Assembly (NCBI GenBank): GCA_905178155.1
Contig: CAJINV010000008.1
Location: forward strand, 868,001-932,000
Source of the DNA: Amoebophrya sp. A120
Lineage: Eukaryota > Protista > Dinoflagellata
DNA: 64,000 nucleotides
Direction of reading: 5' to 3'
Shown: positions 37,131 through 49,065 of the stretch, piece by piece
Layout of the letters: every line of letters starts with the position of its first letter
How positions within the stretch are numbered: position 1 is the first letter of the stretch
Notes under the pieces: model-generated
Database searches by the model: none
What the model saw: the letters and a program-made list of their open reading frames with translations, nothing else
What the model was told of the DNA's origin: nothing
Position numbers and translations under genes: made by a program

Positions 37131-40100
37131 ATGCCGAAGGAGACAAGCAACACGCTTCCGTCGACGGCGGAGTTCGAGAAATATCGGCAAATTGTCGAGA
37201 AGGTGGTCGAGCGAATGAACGAATGCTACACTGCGACCGCGGTAACGAATTCCTGCGCGTCAGAAAGCAAAGTCGACGAAAAAGAACGTAGTGGGAAGGC
37301 AGGCGCGGCGTCAAATACTGCTAGAGCTGAGCTGGCCTCTTCTTTGAGTGAGCCGCAAGAGAAAAAGCAAGCTGAGAGGGAAAGCGTTGAAACTGACGGA
37401 ACAAAGGGAGAAGACGAGCGGGAGAGCGCAGCAGGTATTGGCGCCGGAAATACTAGGACCTGCTCTACCACCGACCTGAATGCTGTGGCCGCCGCCCCTG
37501 AGAAGAAAACGGATGATGTAGACGTGAGCAACAGCGGCAGTAGCACAGAGACAAAGACAGACCAGTCGCAGTCCACGACGTCTCAGACGAAGATGATGAA
37601 TGGCGGAAACAAGGAACAAGAAACTCGTGGTGCTGGTGCTGCGAAGAAGCCAAAACTTGCATTTGCCTTTGCGCAGATTGTTGGCGCAAACGCGGAAAAT
37701 GAAAATCGATCGTATTTGCGAACAGCGCAACACGATCGCCATTGCGATAGTTTGGAGCACCGCATTGAATGGGGAGACCAGGTTCGTAATGACCCGAAGT
37801 ACGCGAAAAAAGCGGGCGCGGTTCTACGTTACAGAATGCGCTGCCCAGCAAGTTACGCAAATGACCAGAAATGGCACCCACAAGGTACTATCTAATTGAT
37901 ATCTCGTTTCTTGAATTAGTGACGCAGTTACAGTTAGGTGCGCATGCGCATGCGCATGCGATGCATTTCATTTGGATTTGTCTACTAGCTCTAGGTAGTA
38001 TCCGCTTCCGTGGTGATATATTTTCGATCATTGCTACTTCGGAACCAGTAACCCAGACGGAAGTTTAGTTTTGGATTAATTTTCCTTAGCCAGCCTTGGC
38101 AGCTGCTACAATGCCAGAGAAGCTTGCGCGAAGTTGGATTTTTTGTTCCTGCGGTTGACTCATCCAAGCAGGAGACATTCACATTTGGACTGACTAATCA
38201 AGAACCGACGTACTACAACAACTACAGGCGCAAACTTCGGCTGTTGTATCAATTTGGTTCCGCACACCGCCTGGGAAGGTGGCGAGCTGAAGTTCTATGA
38301 CACCCACTCGGCAAAAGAGCCTTCTTTGACTTTCAAGGATGAGAAACAAGGTTGCGGTGTTGCCTTCTGCGGATGCTGCAAGAGCGTTCACGAAGTCACG
38401 CCCATCGAAAAGGGGCTACGGCTGACGCTTATGGTACAATTTCAATTTTTGACGATTTTTTTCCGCGTGGGTTTTTTTTGAAAATCAAAATTGAGACTCA
38501 TGCTTCTAGCTACCGACCCGGAGTCAATGAATTCGGGAGAATTATGCATGATCGAGGACATCAACGGAACCCAACTCCTACCAGGGGTTAAAGTCAAATA
38601 GAATGAAATACACTTCTTTGTGATCGAATCAGGTTTGGACCCGTGATGCCGCGAGTGACATTGTGACGAAACTGCCGCGTGGCAGCATCGTCTGGGACGA
38701 CCCGCACCGTAAACCCGTGACAATGTGGGAAACCGGATGGGGCAACAAGCACAATTCTCTTTGGCTAACGGGATTCGAGGGCCCGGATAATCCGCACGCC
38801 TGCAACCGAGAGCAGCCGCGTTTTGCCGCCGCGGGGTCCGCCTCCGCTACGTCGTGGTCAACTGTCCAGAGCGGTGGCACCACTGGAGCGACATCGTCCT
38901 CAAATAAGATGTTATTCTCAGCACCCGCCCAGCGCGGTCCGCGGTCAACCGGTGGACAGCTTTACGGCAGTCGCGGTGGCTACACCAATGCCAATCGTTC
39001 GGGAGCGGGACCAGCACCCCCTGGCAGTCACGGCTTTCCGCATTCATCGAGCAATTTTGGCAGAGCTGTGACCCCGGGATTTTCCCACTTTAGCAGCTAC
39101 CATAGAACAAACAAGCGAACGCCGATCGGCGGGACGTCGTCGGGTGCAACAACTACTAGTGGAGACCGGGGGGCCAACAATCCTGCGACCACCCTGGGTG
39201 CACAAGGACGGTCCAGTGTTTGTTCTGGTTCCTCGTCAAAAATTTTGCCGACACATCAGACAAGCTCTATCAACAAACCCGCTGGTGCAGCCGCGAACAA
39301 GGAAAATGATGCGCCGAAAGGTCAAACAGCTCCAATAGACGAGGCGACAAATAAACATAAAGTAGATGCTGGTAATATTGCTAGCAAGACGGGGTCGAAA
39401 AGTACGAAAACGGAGGAAGTCCCGTCCTCCTCAGCCAGCGGATCAGGGGCAACGTCACCCGAGGTCTTGTCGTCAGCTGCAGCAGACTCGAGCGCGGCCC
39501 CGCCCGAGAATCGGCCACCGGCGAGTAAGAAGAAAAACAACAAGAGTAAACATGGGAAGAACAAAAACGCAAATGCAGTGATGAACACCAGCGTACCAAC
39601 GAGTAATCTGACAAGCAAGGACCAAAATGTCGACCAGGCCTGTGTGGCTGTCCCCAAACCAGCGCAAAAAGAGAAGGAGAACAGGCCGACGAGTGAACAG
39701 GGTCGTGGCGATGAGGTGGATAGCAAACCTAGACGCGCCAACATCACTCCACCGGCTACCATACCCGTCGAGACCGCCAGCAAGGAGGAGAAAAAGCAAG
39801 ATGGCGATGATTGTGCTAGTTCTGTGGCGGAACTACAACGAGCTCAACCTGCGAGCTCCAGTACGACGAAAAGTAGAAAGAAACTTAAGACAGCGGTGAT
39901 TGGCACCAGTCCCGGGACGAACATGAAAGCTGCGCAAGAAGCCGCGACACGGGACGAGAGGACCATCCCCGCGCCTATTCCTTCAGAGGAAGATGAACTT
40001 ATCATTTCATCGTCCACCGAGGCGCACGCAAGAACCCTCGCATCGCCTCTAATTCCCCCTCTGGAGCTCGAATCGCAGTCAGAAATTTTGCCGCAGGTAA

Positions 40101-40738
40101 AAAGGGCACCGAAGATTCCGGAAGTGGCGAAAAAAGCAGTCGTTCTTGAAACAGCTGCTGCGTCTCTACTTCGGGACGACGAGGAGACAGAAAGGAAAAT
40201 CAAGGGGAACAAGGAAGTCGGTAGTAGTGCTGCTCAAGATCAAACAGGCAGCCTGGCAGAGCAGGATGCTGTCGCAAGATCATTTCTGGGACCGGCCGAT
40301 GCGGTGTTGACACTAAAGAACTCGAAGGCCAACTCTGCCTCAGCCCAAAAAAAAACCACCTCCGCGACGGCTGCTGCTGCTGCGGCAACGAGCCCGAGAA
40401 GCAACACAACATCTGTTACGCCGACCAAGAGCAAGAAGTGCACTTCTACTGGAGGCGAGGCAAACAATAAGTGCACGGACCCCACGTCTCGGGTTTCAGG
40501 CGAGGATGATGGTGGTAGAGATGTCGAGAAGCCGCTGCTCCCGGGGAATAGTCCTTCTGTTGACAGCAGTGCCATCCCCGCCGGCGTGTCCAGTTCCGGA
40601 GCAGGTAGTGCACCTGTCCCAGTGAGTGGTCTAGCGAAAGAAGCGCAGGGCCTCTGCAAAAACGCAGTCAAGCGCGTCGTGGGCATCTTCTCCAGTCCCA
40701 GCTCCGTAGGAAATTCCTCCACTCCCGAAAAGAATTGA
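37131..40738 (+). CDS. 2OG-Fe(II) dioxygenase (prolyl-hydroxylase-like) with a long disordered C-terminus
   Basis: Exons 37131-37884, 38228-38433 and 38633-40738 (GT-AG, in frame). Motifs RHCDS (HxD), WEGGELKF and VHEVTPIEKGLRLTLMVW (distal His and 2OG-binding Arg). Confidence 0.8.
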
Positions 40739-41701
40739 GCAACTAACGAAATTCGTACTCTGCTAAATGTGATATATTTATGATATATGATTTTTATTTG
40801 ACGACACGGGATGAGATTTTGATTTTCAAAAACCATCACTCATATCTCACAGAGCGGCGCTCGATGCGTAAGGAGGCGAGTAGCGTATCAATGTTTAAAG
40901 CGTACTATCTGGTAGAAAAAAAAACACCTAAAAATAATGACTTTTGTAGCGACACGAAATCTATTAAAATCTAAAGATTTTTTGAATTTGCGAAAGCAAA
41001 CTTTTACAGTATGTTGACGTTCTTCTGAAAGTGCATTCATACTTTTTTCAAAGCTGTTTTGCAGAAACATGGCTGTGACATCCCTGGATATATAATGACG
41101 GACTACTTCCAATCGAGAAAGGAACGGCACTCATTCAAGCGACAATATTTATAACAATTTGCATGAACAAGAACAAAATCAAAAAGACGAACCTTCTTTA
41201 AGTACTTACACCTGGAAATGGCAAGCTACGCGATGGATTTCGGAAAATGAGTGAAGTCTTTGTCGCCTCCAACAGGAGACCACAGCCACGCATTATTATT
41301 GACGCAAGCTTTTCGCTCTCGCATTTTTCAGGTCTTAAGATCTAGGACAGAGGTCGCTTCGGTTTCCTAACCTGGTCCCCTTCGAGGTCTTATGTTTTTT
41401 AGATGCAAATAGTATGTTCGTTTTGTTCGTAAAAAAACATGCTGATGCTTCGCTAAGTAAGCAACGCCGGTTTATTATCGTGCGAGGGATCGTCGAGAGC
41501 GAGGAGCAATCGCTGGCCATTGTGTTATGAACGACCATGAGGGAGCTTCGTCTTTGAAAATTAGGACATGTTGAGATACTTTTTTCGTGGTGGGCTTTGT
41601 AATTCGATTTTGCTTCAGTTTTTTTCCTATTAGATTCAGATTCAAAAGCTGCAGCTCTTGTATCTTTTTCTGTAGTGGACCAGATAAGCAGCAGTGGCAA
41701 A

Positions 41702-44700
41702 ATGCGCACCTCAAGTCCATTGTCAGCTCGTTGTGGCCCCTTCGGCGTTGCACCCTCCTGCTCCACCTCGCATTCGAAGTACCGTCCACTGACGCTCGCG
41801 AAGCCGGCGGCCAACACTGTTCCCAGTACCGCAGCTTCGACTGCCCCCGAGAGTGTCGAACGGTGCTATTTTAGCATTCTTTACTCCGCTCAGCCGTACC
41901 AGCGGAAACGCAAATGCTTTCTCCAGGGGTTGCTCGTGGTTTGCGCTAAAGCCGTGCGAGGCGAAGATGGGCAGCGGCAACTCAAAATTGTGAAGACCGA
42001 GATCAAGAACGATAAAGGTGATACCGTTCGGCAGTTTCGTAGTTTTGCGACGAGTAAAAATGCAGCCGGCTCGAGCCGCGGTGCATCGATAGCGCTGTCG
42101 ATTCGATTCGTGGAAGATTTGCGGGCAGCGCAGCGCGAAGTAGGCGGCGAGCTGGGCTACCATTGCGGTATGTTTCTGGAGTTGGGCGACGAAGTTTCAG
42201 AGGCGGACTACTTATCGGGGCAAATGTTTCTACCTGTAACTTCTGCAGCTCCTAACGTAATGAACAAGAGAAGTTCCTCATCGCTTTCACTGCAGCCTGT
42301 GGCACTTGGTCCTCGAGGTTCTGCACCCACGGTTTCCAAGAATATGGACCGCCATTGCGATCGCGAAGGAGTGCGTGCTGTAGTACTGCCATCAGCGACC
42401 ATGGGAGCCGGAAGTGTTGAGTCGTCTGTTCGAGCGCCGGCACAAGATGAGCCGGAAGCGAAAAGGCGACGTGTTTTGCTGCCTTTAAAGAAGCGCCAGA
42501 TGCTCGGGAGAGGCGCAACCACGACTGCAGCAGCTGCGCCATCGGTCGGACCGACTTCTGGTGCGGCACTCCAACAAACCATTTCGAGGACCAACCAAAA
42601 GTATGCATGCTTGCAATTGGCCGAACACAGGAGCACACACGAATACGCCCCGTCCAGTGACGAGCGTTTCGCATCCGTCCTCACAGCCTCGTCTATTCCA
42701 TCGACTGATTCAGAAGTGTCCGGGCTTCTTGTGCCGTTCGAGCACCCTGAAAAAATCGCATCTTCAAGCTGTCAGGTCGGCAAGAAAAAGGAGGTATCCA
42801 GCACCTCGACTGCGAGAGAACAGTGCGCGAATGACGCGATACCCCAAGTAGCTCCATGTTTCATCGACCGAAAGACGCAAAGAATCTCGGTCGACGCGGA
42901 ACTAGCGACAAAGCTGCGGCCGCATCAGCTCGACGCACTTTATTTTCTCTACGACCGACTGTATGACGGGGATGTCGGTGTGGGCGTCGCGACGAGCAAT
43001 AATGTAGCTGCCATCTTCGGGACACCAGCCTCGTCGACGAGCGCAGCTGCACCCAGGTTGCAAGGAGTGTGTCTGGCTGATGACATGGGACTCGGGAAGT
43101 CTCTTACTACGATTGCGTTCATGTACAGCATGATTCAAGCCAAGGTGCTCCGCAAGGCGTGCATCGTCTGTCCGGCGTCGCTGACGTCCAACTGGCAGAA
43201 GGAGATCTGCAAATGGCTGGGCGAGCGAAAGCTCCGGCCGACCGTTATCATCGGGAACAGCCACACGAAGCGGCTTCTGAAAAACCAGACCTGCTCGGAA
43301 AAGATGGAGTTCGTGATCAAGGCATGGGTATCAAGAGTAAAAATGTCTGGGTCTGGAGGATTCTGACACTTGTCATGCATGTTTTGCATGAGCCATGATG
43401 TCTGTATTGCATACCCTAGCATTACAGATTTTTTGAGAGCTTCTTGATGCCTATTCCGCATGACAAATGCCCTCTCCGCGTAGCAGGCAGAGCCGTCGTC
43501 CACATTTGCCCAGGCAGAGCCGTCGTCTTGCTGGACACAACCAACATTTGTCCAAAACAGCCGAGGGCCAAGATGACACCGTGAGGACGACCACAGGGGG
43601 TCCGTCTCCAAGAAGAAGAAGAAGTAGCAAAAATTTCATTCCTTTTGGTACTCATGCAGTACAGATTTTTCTGGAATCCAAATGCAGCATCACAAGTTGA
43701 ATTCTTCCAGACCCAGACATTTTTACATTTGGTAATGGGTGAACAGCAAGAATCCGATGGCGGACAAGCTTTTGATCCTCTCCTACGAGCAGCTGCGCAA
43801 CCACGCGGATGCGCTGGCTCTCGGTGTGGACTTCCTGGTGCTCGACGAGGGGCACCGCATCGGCAGTGGTGGCTCGCAGACAGCGACGAGCTTGCACAAG
43901 TTTCGGAAGGCGAAGAAGCTCCTCCTGTCCGGAACACCCCTGCAAAACAACCTCGACGAATTTTTTGCCTTGAGCGAATTTCTGAACCCCGGACTTCTCG
44001 GCTACGATTACGAAAAGGTGTTCAAGAAACCGATTCTGAAGGCTCGCGACAAGCACGCCACAACAGAGACGAAAAAACTCGGCGACGCCCGGTTCCACCA
44101 TATGAACATGATCACGCAACAGTGGCTGCTCCGAAGAACGGCGAACATGGTGCTCAGAAAAGTGTTGCCGCCCATGCATACCTTGCTCCTCTTCTGTCCG
44201 CTGAGCCTGCAATTTCAGAAGCTGTACACAGAAAAATTGATGGGAGCTGCACCATCAACAAGCTTTGGTACTACGAATACTGCAGGTCGTGGGGCGCCGT
44301 CGTCCTCCACCGCGTCGTGCGATACAAGAGCCGGTGGTGGCGGGCACGGTGTGTTGTCGCTCCTGTTGGAACTGCGGCGCATTTGCTTCGAAGGCAAGAT
44401 GGAGTTCGTCAAAGCGTTTCTGCGGCGCCTGAGCTTGCGCCAGGAAAAGTGCGTTTTAGTGAGCAACTTCACACGGTGCCTCGACCACGTGGAAAGAGTT
44501 TTGCAGGAGCTGGCGGTGGAAAGCCGTGCACTGGGGACTACAACGGCGTCTTTCAACTACGAACGGCTGGACGGAAGCACGAGTCAGAAGCTGCGCGGCC
44601 CGATGGTGGAACGCTTCAATCGAATTCCCGACGACGTCGAGGGTAGTTTCAGTGTCGTGAACAGCGGCGCGAAGAGTGAAGGCGACGACGAAGAACCGCT

Positions 44701-45394
44701 GTCCGGTGCTGCAGTGCAGTTTTTTCTTCTTTCCGCGAAGGCCGGTGGGGTAGGTTTGAATCTGATCGGGGGAGCCAAGCTCGTGATGTTGGACCCTGAT
44801 TGGAACCCCGCCACGGATGCCCAGGCAATGAGGCGCGTGTGGCGGGACGGGCAGAAGCGGGAGGTCTTCGTGTACCGTCTGGTAACGCCCGGGTCGATTG
44901 AGGAATGCATTTTGATGCGGCAGGACAAGAAGCAGGATCTCTTGCAGAACGTCGTCGTGTCGGCGGATGCACTGAAAAAATCGCACACAAATTTGACGCT
45001 GGCGGAAGTGCGGCACCTGTTCCAGCTTCGGGGATATTCAAAACCGAAAGCGAAGGCCGCGGCTGCGTCGATTGATAAAGAAGTGGAGGTGGAGCCCGGG
45101 GCGGCACCTAGATGGCAGTGGAAGCCGAGTGAGTATGTGCGCAGGATGCCGGTCTGCGGATTTGAGTTGGCGGAACGTGCATGTCTACTCTCACGCGACG
45201 ATGAGGACACTTCAAATCTGATCCCGAGTCAGTGGCACATCGCAGTTGCACCACATGAGTTAGACGCAGGGGACAGTACAGACGATGTAGAAGTACAGGA
45301 AGACGAGGAGACGAAGTCCGGTGATATGGAAGATGGAGTTAGCACCACTGGACTTCTGGAAGACACCTCCGAGTTTGCTTTGGTCGCATGCTGA
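41702..45394 (+). CDS. RAD54B: SNF2-family DNA translocase, RAD54B/Rdh54-like
   Basis: Exons 41702-43328 and 43740-45394. Motifs LRPHQ, LADDMGLGKS, CPASLTSNW, LDEGHRI, SGTPLQNNL, RLDGST, AKAGGVGLNLIG and DPDWNPATDAQAMRRVWRDGQKR. The N-terminal YFSILY..KRK..GLLVV resembles RAD54B rather than RAD54, but this paralogue call is less certain. Confidence 0.88.
43329..43734. mobile_element. TIR introner (family D, longer and diverged) in RAD54B
   Basis: Imperfect ~35-bp TIR sharing gtaaaaatgtctgggtctgga. TSD atggg at 43324-43328 and 43735-43739. Removal gives IKAW-VNSK. Confidence 0.95.
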
Positions 45395-46148
45395 CAGACG
45401 CTGCGTAGAGCGGTCGCGAGCTAGTTTTGCATGTTGTGTCGCTGTTGAATGAGCTGATTTTTTTTGTCTTTATTTTGCTATGAAAATGAATAATGTTTCG
45501 AGGACACCTTCTTTTTTAACCGTTGATTTTGGCAAGCCTCCTATTTCTAACCCATCGCGTTTTGAAAATAGATGAGAACTAAACCCTGTAATCCATCGAG
45601 AGCGCATTGTTTCGAAATGCGCAGATGAACTTATGGACTATTAATTTTGCTCGAGCCTTTCTTGCAACAGTAACATTGCTTGCAAACAAAAATGATATGC
45701 ACTTGTCCGTCAGCAGGTTAAATTGAAAACTGTAGACTTAGATGTGCCAGGAAAAACCGCAACGGATCGCAAGAGAAACTTGGATAAGTGATAATCGCAT
45801 GCCCACAGACGTGGTTTGCTCCTACTTCTTGTGTTTCCATTTCCAAGTTCATTGGGTCGGGAGGAGCCGATGTTTCTTTTGATCACCTGATTTCTTCTGT
45901 GAATATCACATTTGGTATAGGTCACTTCTAGGTGCTGCTGCTGATGTCAGAAACTTGTACCGGTCCGGGGGTTTTGCAAAATTGTATGTTTTTTCAATCA
46001 CCGTGTACGTGTTGTGGCCGGATACAACTATGTCGTCGAACCGACTGGTTGGAACAGCAATTGTTCCCGCGGTCGCGTGTATCTCTTGTTTCGAACGACG
46101 TAGTATGTTGATCACAGTGGAAATAAACATCAGGAATACTACGGAAGC

Positions 46149-48197
46149 ATGAGCGGAAATATCCAGGCAGGTGATTGGGTTGTTTTGAAAGACAACTTTC
46201 GCGAGTGCGGTTTTGAGCCTCCAGATTACGATCTTGGGGATCCACTGCCGGGCCAGCTCGGGATGGCGCTCGCGGTTTTTGACCACGCCGAGGAGCAGAC
46301 ATCTGAAGCCAGTCGCCCGCTTCAAAGTGACTTGTTCAGAAATCCTAGTAGCAGAAGTGCAGACCATGCGCATGCCGCAACCCGCATGATCTTGGTTCGA
46401 GTTCGGCTCCTGCATCGTGACCCGGGATTTTTCGTGCAACAGAGGTCCTTCTCCCCGCCCATTGTTGCAGACTTTGCTGACACGAGTACTTCTAGTTGTG
46501 GAGATGAAGCAAATAGTGGGGAGCAGCAAAAGAAGAAGATCACTGACACCACTCTTCCCGACTGTGTGCTTCCTGAATCGATCCTACAGAGGGTAGAGGT
46601 ACAGAAACTCCTCGTAAATTTACCTGCTTTCCGGGGTTACCTGGAAATCAAGGACAACACGTGCGGTGGCGCGATGCTTGCCGGGTGCTACAACGCACTT
46701 CAACACCTGGACGCAAGCTGGGACCCGGAGCAGTGCGAGCTTTCCGCCGTCGGCAGCGATGGCAGCTATTGCCCAGCAAATTTTAACGTGCTCGGCCGAC
46801 TGCAGGGCTGGAGGACGGACGCTGGTGGTTCGGTAGGGGGTTCTGTGAGCTCCCAGATCATGGGGACTCGCAGGGACACGAGCACGGCACAAAGGCAGGA
46901 GTTCAAGAACGAGAGCAGTGGACGATTTGGTTCGTCCTCGTCAAGACTCTCTTCCGCACGCCTGGAGGTAGAAGTGCCAGTTGGTGAAGAAGAAGATCAT
47001 GCAATTATGGGAACGCCAGAAGAGGGGCCGCGTCTGTCGACCGTCTCAGGTGGCAACTTTGTTCCTGCATCGCGGACCGGTTCTCCCACGGCAAAAAACG
47101 CCGCACTCGTCTCCGTCGATTTGAATACAGCTATCGAGTTGCAGCCGACAATCAAACTTACCAATGACACTACAAGCACAACAAGCAAGAAGAGCCAGGG
47201 CTCGTCCCTTCAGGCTGAAACTGCAACACCAGCAGGAAGTAGAGAAAAGGAAACGCAAAATAAAGTGCGAGTCCCGAAAAATGTGCAGTTCGGGTTGCGC
47301 AAACTGCACAAAGTGGCTCTGGAATCTTTGGAGGAAACCAAGCAACGCTTGGAGCGAAGTGAGGCTGCGGCCAACGGGACTTTGGTACAACGGAAAAAGC
47401 GTCTCGAGAAGGCCGTAGAGGAATTGGTAGACGCCTACAATCCTTGCACGTGGAATATAGGTAATCTTGAGGTTGAGCGCGTGCTGAAGACCACAAGCGC
47501 GCAGGCTTTCTGCGGGGCAACTCGCGTAATCGCGAGCCGGAACGTGGGGAAGGACAAATTTGACGACTCGCCGGATGGTGCCCGGCTCTTGTGGCAAACA
47601 CTTTTCGACCTCGCTTCCGAGAGGGGTGGAGGCTGGGACATTTGTTGTAACGCAACGCACAGGGCTGGCGCAACGGCGCCGGCGGGAAATAAATGTGGTT
47701 CTGCTGAAGATGGTGCACCCGCGAAAGGAAGAGCTAAGGAACAAAAAGAAGTTCCCCACCGACGTGGTCCGGCGCAACCGCAGCTGCAAAAAAACAAAAG
47801 AAGTGCGCAGTTTTTGTTTCACCTGCACGGCGTACTGTCGGGCTCGTATTTTGGCCATTTCGCGCTGATTTTTGCGATTGTTGAGTACAAACTTGCTGCA
47901 GAAAAGGTCGACGGAGATGTTGTGGAGGAGCACGCTAGTTGCAGTTCGTCGTCGAGGAGTACTGGAGGAGACAAAACACAAGAAAAAACCAATGGCAGTC
48001 GAATTGATGAGTTGAGAACAAAGGACAAAACGAGCACGAGCACCTCCAGTCGGGCGCAACAAAAAGGAGAAGTTTATCGCCAAATCCTCACCGCCCGTAG
48101 CTATCAGGGTCCGAGGCATTGGATTTCCGCCGAATTGATGCAGAAATGGATCTACCGGCTAAAGTTTACTGGCTATGAAATTCGGCTAGTTCATTAG
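46149..48197 (+). CDS. Uncharacterised 682-aa protein, possible papain-like (Cys/His) fold
   Basis: Long intronless ORF. DNTCGGAMLAGCYNAL (Cys before a helix), NIGN, FLFHL..GHFALIFAI and RQILTAR..QGP.HWI are separated by low-complexity inserts. Confidence 0.7.
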   Translation: MSGNIQAGDWVVLKDNFRECGFEPPDYDLGDPLPGQLGMALAVFDHAEEQTSEASRPLQSDLFRNPSSRSADHAHAATRMILVRVRLLHRDPGFFVQQRSFSPPIVADFADTSTSSCGDEANSGEQQKKKITDTTLPDCVLPESILQRVEVQKLLVNLPAFRGYLEIKDNTCGGAMLAGCYNALQHLDASWDPEQCELSAVGSDGSYCPANFNVLGRLQGWRTDAGGSVGGSVSSQIMGTRRDTSTAQRQEFKNESSGRFGSSSSRLSSARLEVEVPVGEEEDHAIMGTPEEGPRLSTVSGGNFVPASRTGSPTAKNAALVSVDLNTAIELQPTIKLTNDTTSTTSKKSQGSSLQAETATPAGSREKETQNKVRVPKNVQFGLRKLHKVALESLEETKQRLERSEAAANGTLVQRKKRLEKAVEELVDAYNPCTWNIGNLEVERVLKTTSAQAFCGATRVIASRNVGKDKFDDSPDGARLLWQTLFDLASERGGGWDICCNATHRAGATAPAGNKCGSAEDGAPAKGRAKEQKEVPHRRGPAQPQLQKNKRSAQFLFHLHGVLSGSYFGHFALIFAIVEYKLAAEKVDGDVVEEHASCSSSSRSTGGDKTQEKTNGSRIDELRTKDKTSTSTSSRAQQKGEVYRQILTARSYQGPRHWISAELMQKWIYRLKFTGYEIRLVH

Positions 48198-49065
48198 ACA
48201 ATCTTCGAGGCGAGTGAGAATATTAGAAGAAACAAACCCGATAAACAAAAAACGACAGAGAAAAAAACCCGAAGAATGATGTGCATGACTGTGCTTCCGA
48301 CGCAGCCGCCAGCGTTAGTGCGACAGGTGAGTCTAGGAACCGACAATAAATATCATCTCGAACAACTTTTGATCGTCCGAGAGCGAGCCTCCGGATTCCG
48401 TGATTGTTAATCGCTGAATTATACGTATCAGACCGACGTACTTGTCTTGTTCTCTGACGCGTGTACCAAGTACAGGATCAACTCCATCGGACGTGGTCTT
48501 GTGTATTGGCTGAAGAACGTGTCGAAAAAAATACCGACATAGATTGCAAGACATTTGCTCTCGTTTCACAAGAAAAGTCCACATGGGAAAGGGCCACCGC
48601 CGACCAGCAGCCTGTGAAAGTGCATTGAGGCTGTGACGGTATCTGCAAAAATGATGATCAGAGTTTCCGGGATCATTGTAGTAGTCGTAAAAAAAGACTG
48701 TAGTGGTCGTAATTGATGATAGTTGGCGATCCACCACCGATCTAACATGTGAATGTGTTTTTTGCTTAAGCCCTTTGTTGATATCGCGTTGAGGCTCCTA
48801 AGTAAAGCAAATCCCTTACCTTTTCTTGATATTTCCGGCTAGATTGCAGCAGCCCCCGTGCAGGCCGCTGCTCTACTTGTGCGGCACAGGACTAGATATA
48901 TCAGACTTCTCTAGTACTAGTGAGCTAGCCCTCCCGTAGAGGCAAGAAGAGAGCAATCATGGTTGTATCAGAGAAAAGTAGTAGTAGCATGCATCTCATC
49001 AATCTTCACTGTGAATTCTATGCAGAGTGAGGTAAAACGGTAGTAACTTTGGCGAAAGATAGAAA

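Noticed and set aside
37939-37960. (TGCGCA)n palindromic microsatellite in an intron
   Set aside because: It is a short simple repeat with no further structure.
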